Source of the DNA: an uncultured Candidatus Saccharibacteria bacterium
GTDB lineage: Bacteria > Patescibacteriota > Minisyncoccia > Minisyncoccales > GWA2-38-27
Assembly (NCBI GenBank): GCA_964483075.1
Contig: CAYZZO010000001.1
Span: forward strand, 1 to 29,988
Reading direction: 5' to 3'
Length of the DNA stretch: 29,988 nt
Shown: positions 11,220-18,880 of the stretch, piece after piece
How positions within the stretch are numbered: position 1 is the first letter of the stretch
Layout: each line of letters begins with the position of its first letter
Notes under the pieces: generated by a model
The model's database searches: none
What the model was told of the DNA's origin: nothing
Seen by the model: only the letters and a program-made list of their open reading frames with translations
Translations under genes and position numbers: made by a program

Positions 11220-11582
11220 TTAAAGAATATTTTTAATTTTATCAACAATTTCTCCTGGGGTAAAATGAGCTTTAATAAAATAGTCCACTGCTCCCATTCC
11301 CAACCCCTTTTCTATGTCTTCCTTATCCCCAAGATTTGATAAAATAATAACTGGAATTTCAGAGATTGAAGAACCTGCTTTCATTTTCGCCAAAACCTCA
11401 AACCCTGTCATTTCCGGCAAAACAAGATCTAATAAAACCAAATCAGGCTTCTCCTTCTTAACGGCTTTTAATCCTTTTTCCCCGTCTATCGCTTCAACCA
11501 CTTCATACCCTTCTTTTAAAAGTTTTTTACTAATGACTTTCCGAAGAAAAACATCGTCCTCAATTACTAAAATTTTTTTCAT
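11220..11582 (-). CDS. Single-domain response regulator RR3
   Basis: 120 aa receiver only (IEDD, LLD, ILS, IK). About 83/120 residues identical to RR1 by hand alignment. Confidence 0.95.
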   Translation of the reverse strand: MKKILVIEDDVFLRKVISKKLLKEGYEVVEAIDGEKGLKAVKKEKPDLVLLDLVLPEMTGFEVLAKMKAGSSISEIPVIILSNLGDKEDIEKGLGMGAVDYFIKAHFTPGEIVDKIKNIL

Positions 11583-11633
11583 AAAATACTTAATATTAAT
11601 TGCTGTTAGGCATAATCGGCATCATATTGATTT

Positions 11634-11661
11634 ATTTTACATTATTGAAGAATAAATACAA
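11634..11661 (-). promoter_or_regulatory. Putative promoter for the signalling cluster
   Basis: Minus strand TTGTAT-16 nt-TAAAAT upstream of RR3. Confidence 0.4.
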
Positions 11662-11723
11662 TTAGGGGATAGAATGCAAACCAAGGTTAATTTTGGGAAG
11701 CGGATCCTGACTTCTTTTTCACT

Positions 11724-12647
11724 TTAAGGCAAGCGAGTAAGGAGCGTTTGAAATTGGTATTTTTCAAATACTTGTTTTATTTTTGCTCTGTTGTATTCTC
11801 CCCATCTGCAATTCTTTAAGTTAAAATTAAGAGGCACATCAAAACGTATTTCGGCGAGCATCTTAGAGGTAAAAGCCTGTTTTTTCTGGCTTAGAAGATT
11901 CTCTTTCAAAGATTTTTTTAGTTCTTCAATATTTTTGCCCCTTTCCTCTAACTTCTTGTAAAGGTTTTCCAATGTTCCAAATTTTTTAATTAAAAAGATC
12001 GCTGTTTTTTCGCCTACCCCAGAAACGCCAGGGATATTGTCAGAAGGGTCGCCTCTTAATGCCTTATAATCCGATAGTTGTCCCGGATTCAATCCATCAT
12101 ACCTTTCTTTTGTTTTTTCTTCATCATAAATAATAGCGTCTTTAACCCCTCTTCTTAAGAAATAAACTTTTGTCTTTTTATTGACTAGCCGAAGCATATC
12201 CATGTCCCCAGTAATAATAAAGGTTTCTAAGTTTTTTCTTTTTGGGTCTCGCCGAAAGAGAGAGGAAGCCGGAAGTTCGGTTGCCCCCGAAGCAAGCGTG
12301 CCTATAATATCATCTGCTTCAAATCCTTTCTTCTCTATTGTGTAGACATTAAAAATCTTTAAAATCTCTTTTATCTTCGGGATTTGTTCATAGAGTTCGT
12401 CTGGCGCTTTCTTCCGTTGTGCCTTATAAAGCTCATACCTCTCTTTTCTGAAAGAGGGGGCAGGAAAATCAAAGGCAGCTACAATAAAATCCGGTTTAAA
12501 TTCCCGGATAGCCTTAAAGAATACTAATAAAAAACCATAGATAGCGTTTACCATTTCTCCCTTTTTTGTCGTTAATGGCGGAAGAGCATGAAAAGCGCGA
12601 TGAATGACAGCGTTGCTGTCAATAATGAGAAAACATTTTTGTTTCAT
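11724..12647 (-). CDS. Stand-alone 5'-3' exonuclease/flap endonuclease (PolI N-terminal domain only)
   Basis: IIDSNAVIHRAFHALP, NAIYGF, YKAQR, GFEADDIIGTL, ITGDMD and the H3TH motif LRGDPSDNIPGVSGVGEKTA. Ends at 307 aa with no Klenow domain. Confidence 0.92.
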   Translation of the reverse strand: MKQKCFLIIDSNAVIHRAFHALPPLTTKKGEMVNAIYGFLLVFFKAIREFKPDFIVAAFDFPAPSFRKERYELYKAQRKKAPDELYEQIPKIKEILKIFNVYTIEKKGFEADDIIGTLASGATELPASSLFRRDPKRKNLETFIITGDMDMLRLVNKKTKVYFLRRGVKDAIIYDEEKTKERYDGLNPGQLSDYKALRGDPSDNIPGVSGVGEKTAIFLIKKFGTLENLYKKLEERGKNIEELKKSLKENLLSQKKQAFTSKMLAEIRFDVPLNFNLKNCRWGEYNRAKIKQVFEKYQFQTLLTRLP

Positions 12648-12877
12648 TTTTCTAAAAATATATAATAAATTTAAGAGAGTAGAGTACGAACCGAGGTCAA
12701 TTTAGCGAAACGAATTTTATTCAGACCCAAGGAGTTGAAGAACGTAAGTATATAAAAACCTCCCGTTTCGCTCAAGAGCTTTTTCCCGTTAAAGCAAGTA
12801 TGGTCCTGGAATAATTAAGAACGATAAAGGAGCGACGATTGACACAGAAGATTGCCCGAGCGCGCTCGCACGCCTTT

Positions 12878-13333
12878 CTAATTTATTATAATTCTTCTTT
12901 TTCTCTTATCTATAAATTCAAATTTCAGCCAGAGAGCGCTCTTCGGAATTATTTTTTTAATTCTGTCCGCCCATTCGATAGCAACAATATTTCGAGGGTT
13001 AGAAATAATTTTTTCAAGATTCAAATCAATCAGTTCTCCAATGTTTTGTATTCTATAACAATCAATGTGATAAAAATTATTGAATTGTTTGACCGCTAAA
13101 TTGTCCAATTGAAATTTTTTCAGAATGACAAAAGTAGGGCTTGTCATCCGTTCTTTTATGCCCAACTCTTTCCCGAAACCCTGCAATAATGTCGTTTTGC
13201 CGCCTCCTAACTCGCCCTCCATAGCAACAACAATGGCCTTTTCTTTTAACGGACTTCTTATAATTTTTTTGGCTATTTCCCTGCCTATTTTTTTTGTTTC
13301 TTCTGGATTTGTTGTTAAATATTCTTTTCTCAT
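12878..13333 (-). CDS. tsaE: tRNA threonylcarbamoyladenosine biosynthesis ATPase
   Basis: GELGGGKTT P-loop, SPTFVI, YHIDCYRI, IEWAD. Confidence 0.96.
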   Translation of the reverse strand: MRKEYLTTNPEETKKIGREIAKKIIRSPLKEKAIVVAMEGELGGGKTTLLQGFGKELGIKERMTSPTFVILKKFQLDNLAVKQFNNFYHIDCYRIQNIGELIDLNLEKIISNPRNIVAIEWADRIKKIIPKSALWLKFEFIDKRKRRIIIN

Positions 13334-13383
13334 TTAATTAAAGAGGGTTATGAACCAAAGCCAATCCTGAATTCGCCGAAAGA

Positions 13384-13412
13384 TTGACTATTAAGGAAGA
13401 ATAAGATAGATT
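13384..13412 (+). promoter_or_regulatory. Putative promoter for the PilB-like ATPase gene
   Basis: TTGACT-17 nt-TAGATT. Confidence 0.5.
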
Positions 13413-13456
13413 GAAGATAAGATTATTGGTTATTGCGCGTTGAATCTAATTATAAC

Positions 13457-14767
13457 ATGGCAGAGATAAAAAAAATAACCGGCGAAGTTAAAATCCCCGA
13501 GGAAACAGTTAAAGATATCCGCTTAAGCGGCAAAAGTATCTCTGATTTTGGAACAAAAATCAGGTCGTCCTTAGGAGAAAATACGACTAAGGCTTTGGAA
13601 ATTATTTTGGCAGGAGCAATTAATCTTGATTCCTCGGATATTCATTTAGAACCCGAAGAAGAAAAAATAAAATTAAGAATTAGAATCGACGGAGTTCTCC
13701 GAGATGTAACTTTTTTTAGTCCGGAAAAATATCATTCTTTCCTTTCAAGAATAAAGCTTCTCAGCGGACTTAAATTAAATGTAACCAATAGGCCGCAAGA
13801 CGGTCGCTTTTCTATCTTAATTGGCAACACCTCCATTGAAATAAGAGTATCTTCGCTTCCCTCTGAATACGGGGAGACGGTTGTTCTTAGAATACTAAAC
13901 CCAAAAAGCTTAATCAACTTAGAAGGACTTGGACTAAGAGAAGATCTTCTTAAAACCGTTAAAAAAGAAATAAAAAAGCCAAACGGAATGATTATTGTCA
14001 CCGGACCCACCGGATCGGGAAAGACAACAACGCTTTATGCTATTCTGAAAAAAATCAATAGACCGGAAGTTAAAATTATAACTATTGAAGACCCTATCGA
14101 ATATAAACTGGAAGGAATCTCTCAAACCCAGGTTAATCCTAAGAAAGGATATGATTTTGCTAATGGGCTTAGGGCAATAATGCGCCAGGACCCTGATATA
14201 ATTTTGGTGGGAGAAATCAGAGACCTGGAAACAGCTAAAATCGCCCTTCAAGCAGCTCTAACCGGACATTTGGTTTTAAGCACTATACATACAAACGACG
14301 CCGCAGGAACAATAGCTCGGCTCCAAGCCCTGGGAGCAAAAGCAGTTAACATCGCTCCCGCTATAAATATGGCTATTGCCCAAAGACTAGTAAGAAAAGT
14401 CTGTAAAAGATGCGGCAGGCTGGAAACGATTTCAAAAGAAGAACTCAAAAAAATAAAAAAATCCCTAAAAGGTGCTCACCTTAAGGGAATAAAAATTCCG
14501 AAAATAACAGAAAAAACAAAAATTCCGAAAATAAAAGGATGTAAATACTGTAATTTCACCGGCTATAAAGGACGCCAAGCAATTTTTGAAAGTTTTTTAG
14601 TAGACGACGAAATAGAAAATTTCATCTTAAAATCCTCTTCAATCTCTTCTTTAAGAAAATTAGCCGAAAAAAAAGGAATGATCTCAATGCGCCAAGATGG
14701 ATTCCTAAAGGTCATTAAGGGAATTACTACTATGGAAGAGATAGAAAGAGTAACTCCAGAAGAATGA
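13457..14767 (+). CDS. GspE/PilB-family type IV pilus assembly ATPase, short N-terminus
   Basis: SDIHLEP, PQDGRF, Walker A GPTGSGKTTT, TIEDPIEY, Walker B ILVGEIRD, His box GHLVLSTIHTN, tetracysteine Zn site CKRC...CKYC. Likely ATG at 13457 (the track uses TTG at 13433). Confidence 0.92.
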   Translation: MAEIKKITGEVKIPEETVKDIRLSGKSISDFGTKIRSSLGENTTKALEIILAGAINLDSSDIHLEPEEEKIKLRIRIDGVLRDVTFFSPEKYHSFLSRIKLLSGLKLNVTNRPQDGRFSILIGNTSIEIRVSSLPSEYGETVVLRILNPKSLINLEGLGLREDLLKTVKKEIKKPNGMIIVTGPTGSGKTTTLYAILKKINRPEVKIITIEDPIEYKLEGISQTQVNPKKGYDFANGLRAIMRQDPDIILVGEIRDLETAKIALQAALTGHLVLSTIHTNDAAGTIARLQALGAKAVNIAPAINMAIAQRLVRKVCKRCGRLETISKEELKKIKKSLKGAHLKGIKIPKITEKTKIPKIKGCKYCNFTGYKGRQAIFESFLVDDEIENFILKSSSISSLRKLAEKKGMISMRQDGFLKVIKGITTMEEIERVTPEE

Positions 14768-14799
14768 TTACGCATTTTACGCGCCATGGACGTAAAATA

Positions 14800-14945
14800 A
14801 AAGAAGTTCTAGGGCTGGGGGCTAAATAAAACTAACTATACTGTTAAGTTTAGAATTGACGCGAGGTATAGCCTCGTCCACTAAAAGCGAACCAAGCCAC
14901 CCATCAACAGAAAATTCCAAACCCCCAGCCCTAGAACTCTTTTAT
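14800..14945 (-). ncRNA. Candidate structured ncRNA, 6S RNA-like architecture
   Basis: Perfect 17-bp inverted repeat (14805-14821/14922-14938) encloses an AU-rich bubble, an internal stem and the terminal hairpin cgagg-ctata-cctcg. A dedicated minus-strand promoter lies directly upstream. No ORF. Confidence 0.5.
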
Positions 14946-14950
14946 AACAA

Positions 14951-14979
14951 ATTATACATCATTCTTGTTTTAATTTGAA
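14951..14979 (-). promoter_or_regulatory. sigma70-type promoter driving the candidate ncRNA
   Basis: Minus strand TTCAAA-17 nt-TATAAT. The predicted start near 14944 is a few nt before the closing stem. Confidence 0.6.
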
Positions 14980-15037
14980 CATTCTGGTGTCTGTGTCAAG
15001 GAACGACTATCTATTAGTTCCATTATTTTAATACTTT

Positions 15038-16117
15038 ATGAAAAATTTGTCAAGCCCTTCGCCTTCAGACAATGACCGAAGAGAAAATTTACAAAAAGAA
15101 ACAGCTACCGTTACGCCCGAATTAAGTAAAGAAGATAGAGACCTTGATTTAACCCTAAGGCCGAAGAAATGGGATGATTACGTTGGACAAGAAAAAATCA
15201 AAAAAAATATCCAGATAATCATTAAAGCGGCGAAGAAAAGGGGCGAACCAATCGAACACCTTCTTTTTTATGGAAGCCCGGGGCTAGGGAAAACAACATT
15301 GTCTTATCTTGTTGCAAGGGAGATAGGAACAAACATTAAAACAATCACTGGACCCTCGATTGAAAACGTTGGCGACTTAGCTGCCATCTTAACTAATCTC
15401 TCAGAAGGAGACATTTTATTTTGCGATGAAATTCATAGACTAAATAAATTGATTGAAGAATTTTTGTATCCCGCCTTAGAAGATTTTAAACTAAATTTAA
15501 TTTTAGGGAAAGGGCCAATGGCAAGGACGATGGAATTAAAAATCCCTCGTTTTACTCTTATTGGGGCAACAACTCGATTAGCACTGCTATCATCTCCTCT
15601 AAGAAACCGTTTTGGAGCTATATTTCAGCTTCATTTTTACAAAAATGAAGATATCGAAAAAATTATAAAAAAATCAAGCAAGCTATTAAATATAAAGGCG
15701 GAAGAAGAGGCAATTAAACTTATCGCCAAATCTTCCCGCTTTACTCCGCGAGTAGCCAATCGCCTCCTAAAAAGAATAAGAGATTTCGCCCAGGTAAAAG
15801 GAAATGGCATAATCACTAAAAAAATTGCCGAGCAATCATTGAAATTTTTAGAAGTAGACCAGCTCGGGCTTGAGACAGAGGATAGAAAGATTTTAAAAAC
15901 GATCATTGAAAAATTTAAAGGCGGTCCTGTCGGACTCCAAGCCCTTTCTGCCGCTGCTCAGGAAGAAATAGACGCTGTCTTAGACATTTATGAGCCCTAT
16001 CTGATGCAACTTGGATTTATCGAAAGAACTCCACGAGGCAGAATCGCGACTAAAGCAGCCTACAGGCACTTAGGGATAAAGGTTTCTAAGGCAGACCATC
16101 AAAAACGCTTAATCTAA
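15038..16117 (+). CDS. ruvB: Holliday junction branch migration ATPase RuvB
   Basis: LRPKKWDDYVGQ, GSPGLGKTT, DEIHRL, IGATTR, TPRVANRLL, YEPYLMQLGFIERTPRGR. Confidence 0.98.
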   Translation: MKNLSSPSPSDNDRRENLQKETATVTPELSKEDRDLDLTLRPKKWDDYVGQEKIKKNIQIIIKAAKKRGEPIEHLLFYGSPGLGKTTLSYLVAREIGTNIKTITGPSIENVGDLAAILTNLSEGDILFCDEIHRLNKLIEEFLYPALEDFKLNLILGKGPMARTMELKIPRFTLIGATTRLALLSSPLRNRFGAIFQLHFYKNEDIEKIIKKSSKLLNIKAEEEAIKLIAKSSRFTPRVANRLLKRIRDFAQVKGNGIITKKIAEQSLKFLEVDQLGLETEDRKILKTIIEKFKGGPVGLQALSAAAQEEIDAVLDIYEPYLMQLGFIERTPRGRIATKAAYRHLGIKVSKADHQKRLI

Positions 16118-16134
16118 TAAATTCAATGTAATTT

Positions 16135-17313
16135 ATGAGGCAAGACTTAAAGTGTTTCTGTTCTTTTCTATCCTTATTGTTATTTTTGCCCCTTGTCGCC
16201 CAGGGGGCTTTTTTCCCTTTAGTTATCAATGAAATCGCCTGGATGGGAACAAAGGATTCGGCAAATAACGAATGGGTTGAAATTTATAACAAAAGCGATA
16301 AGAAGATAATCGTTGACGGTTTAATTCTCAAGTCTGTCAAAAAATCCCCAAAAATTACTCTTTCGGGTAAAATAGAGGGTAAGGGTTTTTATCTTTTAGA
16401 GAGAAGCGACGAGGAAACGGTTCCAAATATTAAAGCAGATCTTATTTATAAAGGAGCCCTAAGTAATGAAGGAGAGAAATTAACGCTTTCTGACTCTTCC
16501 GGAAATTTAATTGATGAAATTAATTGCTCTTCCGGATGGTTCGCCGGCAACAATAAAACTAAACAGACAATGGAAAGAATAAGTCCTTTTTCGTCTGGCG
16601 ATAATGCCGAAAACTGGAAAACTAGCCAGGAATCAGGCGGAACGCCAAAAGCAATAAACAGCCAACAAAAGGAAGGAGTTAAAAACGACAAAAAGAGCAA
16701 GGCTAGCTCTCAAGGGAATGCCATTTATTCGGACAAAATCATTTTCAGCGAAATACTTCCGTCTCCTAAGGGACCTGACGCAGAAAATGAATGGATTAAA
16801 ATCGGGAATAAGAACAATTTTCAAGTTGATCTTTCTGGGTGGAAAATAAAAGATAAAAAAGGAAAGATTTCTGTCTATGTTTTTCCGGTCGGCAAAAAAA
16901 TTCCTTCTTTGGGCTATTTAACACTTAAAAGATCCGTAACAAATATCGTTTTAAATAATAGCGGAGACGGTTTAGAGATTATCAACCCAGATGGAAAAAT
17001 TGTCGATTCTGTGGATTTTAACAAGGCGCCACTTAATCAATCATACGCCAGGACAAGCAAAGGTTGGAGCTGGAATTCTAGATTAACGCCCGCGGTAAAA
17101 AACGAAAAACAAAAGAGAGAAAAAACAAAAGACGGCCCTCCGATAGCTAGTAAAAAAGCGGTAAATTACATATCTAAAAAGGGTACAGCTATCGTTGGAG
17201 AAAAAATTCCAAAAACCCCTTCCTCTTTTTTCGACCTATTAGCTTCTTTGATAATTGCCGTTTCATCTGCAACAATAATTTTTTTTCTTAGAAAAGCGCT
17301 ATTTTCAAAATAA
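16135..17313 (+). CDS. Exported, C-terminally membrane-anchored protein with two lamin-tail-like domains
   Basis: N-terminal signal/hydrophobic stretch. Repeated LTD-type motifs VINEIAWMG...EWVEIYN and IFSEILPSP...EWIKIGN, each followed by L-N-G(E/D)-L-(L/I)...G..(I/V)D. C-terminal TM helix with a basic tail. Confidence 0.8.
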   Translation: MRQDLKCFCSFLSLLLFLPLVAQGAFFPLVINEIAWMGTKDSANNEWVEIYNKSDKKIIVDGLILKSVKKSPKITLSGKIEGKGFYLLERSDEETVPNIKADLIYKGALSNEGEKLTLSDSSGNLIDEINCSSGWFAGNNKTKQTMERISPFSSGDNAENWKTSQESGGTPKAINSQQKEGVKNDKKSKASSQGNAIYSDKIIFSEILPSPKGPDAENEWIKIGNKNNFQVDLSGWKIKDKKGKISVYVFPVGKKIPSLGYLTLKRSVTNIVLNNSGDGLEIINPDGKIVDSVDFNKAPLNQSYARTSKGWSWNSRLTPAVKNEKQKREKTKDGPPIASKKAVNYISKKGTAIVGEKIPKTPSSFFDLLASLIIAVSSATIIFFLRKALFSK

Positions 17314-17434
17314 AAATTATAACAAAGCAGGATAAAAAAACAGGGGACGGCCCTCTTTGGTATTGATTTTAATTCGTATTCTATTCACTAATCTCAAATT
17401 ATGCAGAAGAGACCATTGCGCATTAGATTTAATA

Positions 17435-17463
17435 TTGTTTTAAAGCGCTAAAAAGGATAGAAT
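17435..17463 (+). promoter_or_regulatory. Putative promoter for yebC-ruvC
   Basis: TTGTTT-17 nt-TAGAAT. Confidence 0.45.
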
Positions 17464-17515
17464 AAAAGAAAAACTACCAATTATTCGCTATCAACAACTA
17501 AGCATCAACTTAACC

Positions 17516-18247
17516 ATGAGCGGACACAGTCATTTTCGTTCCATAAAACATAAAAAAGAATCAGAGGACAAAAAAAAAGGCAAAGTTTTCTCTAAAATCG
17601 GCCGCCTTATTGCCATTGCCGCCAAAGAGGGAGGAGGAGACTATAAGAGCAATCCAAAATTAAGACTTGCGATTGAGCAGGCAAAATCTTTTAATATGCC
17701 CAAAGACAACATTGAAAGGGCAATAAAAAAAGGAACGGGCGAACTGGCAGGAGAGAAGTTAGAGGAAATTGTTCTCGAGGCATTTGGCCCTGGAGGCGTC
17801 GCTATCATTGTTGAAGGAATTACAAACAACAAGAACAGGACACTAAACGAAATCAAACAAATTTTGAATCAAAACAAAGGAAAATTAGCGAACGAAGGGT
17901 CGGTAAAATGGCTTTTTGAAAAAAAAGGAATAATATTGGTAAATTCCAAAAACCAAACGTCGAATATCAAAAAAGAAGATTTGGAATTAATAGCGATTGA
18001 GGCAGGAGCAGATGACATTTGCTGGCAAGAAGATATTCTCAATGTTTATACTAAGCCGGAAGAGTTAGAAAAAGTAAAAAATAATTTAGAAGAAAAAGGG
18101 CTGAAAACAGAATCGTCTTCTCTTGACTGGAAAGCCAAAGAGGAAATCGTCTTTAGCGAACAAGAGAAAGAATCGTCTCAAAAACTTTTTGAAGCACTAG
18201 ATGAAAACGATGACATACAGGACATATATTCAAATATTAAAGATTAG
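17516..18247 (+). CDS. yebC: YebC/PmpR family protein
   Basis: MSGHSH...K, NPKLRLAI, NMPKDNIERAIKKG, EAFGPGGVAIIVE, C-terminal DDIQDIYSN. Confidence 0.97.
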   Translation: MSGHSHFRSIKHKKESEDKKKGKVFSKIGRLIAIAAKEGGGDYKSNPKLRLAIEQAKSFNMPKDNIERAIKKGTGELAGEKLEEIVLEAFGPGGVAIIVEGITNNKNRTLNEIKQILNQNKGKLANEGSVKWLFEKKGIILVNSKNQTSNIKKEDLELIAIEAGADDICWQEDILNVYTKPEELEKVKNNLEEKGLKTESSSLDWKAKEEIVFSEQEKESSQKLFEALDENDDIQDIYSNIKD

Positions 18248-18267
18248 ATTTTAAATTTCTATTATTT

Positions 18268-18798
18268 ATGACAATCCTTGGCATAGACCCCGGAACAGCG
18301 ACAACCGGTTTCGGTGTTATTGAATTCCCGAAAAATAAAGACAAAAAAATGAAGGCAGTTGATTATGGGTGTATCATAACAGACAAAAACTTGTCTCCGG
18401 GGGAAAGGTTAAAAATAATAAACAACGAACTCAATAAATTGATAAAAAAACATCAGCCAAAGGCCATTGCCGTTGAAAAATTATTTTTTTTTAAAAACCT
18501 AAAAACAGTTATGCCGGTAAGCCAGGCGAAAGGAGTTATACTGCTTACTGCCGCAAAAAAGAAAATCCCCACATACGAATTTACGCCTCTCCAGGTTAAA
18601 ATGGCTGTTGTCGGCTATGGAAGAGCAGAAAAAAAACAAGTTCAAGAAATGATTAAAACGTCGTTTGGATTAGAAGAGAAGCCGAAAGACAAAAACAAAA
18701 GAAAAGATGATGCTACTGATGCCTTGGGAATAGCTCTCTGCTATGCTCTTCAGGTAAGAAGCCAATTTTTTTCCCAAGAAAAAAAATACGGGTTATAA
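18268..18798 (+). CDS. ruvC: Crossover junction endodeoxyribonuclease RuvC
   Basis: ILGIDPG, AVEKLFF, YEFTPLQVK, GYGRAEKKQV, DDATDALGIA. Confidence 0.96.
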   Translation: MTILGIDPGTATTGFGVIEFPKNKDKKMKAVDYGCIITDKNLSPGERLKIINNELNKLIKKHQPKAIAVEKLFFFKNLKTVMPVSQAKGVILLTAAKKKIPTYEFTPLQVKMAVVGYGRAEKKQVQEMIKTSFGLEEKPKDKNKRKDDATDALGIALCYALQVRSQFFSQEKKYGL

Positions 18799-18827
18799 AA
18801 AAAGGATTAGTTGCTCAATCTAATCCT
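18797..18827 (-). terminator. Intrinsic terminator between convergent ruvC and tyrS
   Basis: aggattag/ctaatcct 8-bp stem (18803-18810/18820-18827), preceded by an A-run that gives a U-tail on the minus strand. Confidence 0.55.
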
Positions 18828-18880
18828 CTGTAAAAATCTATCGAATTTTTTTCTTACCGCGTTAATTCTTAAAGGAACAT

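Noticed and set aside
12238-12290. Palindromic in-frame insertion in the exonuclease (ELPASSLFRRDPKRK)
   Set aside because: It looks like a loop insertion, but the DNA stem is only about 4 bp (tctc/gaga), too weak to call without an alignment.
18845-18870. T-box element for tyrS suggested by taccgcg
   Set aside because: It lies downstream of tyrS and lacks the full T-box consensus and stem I.
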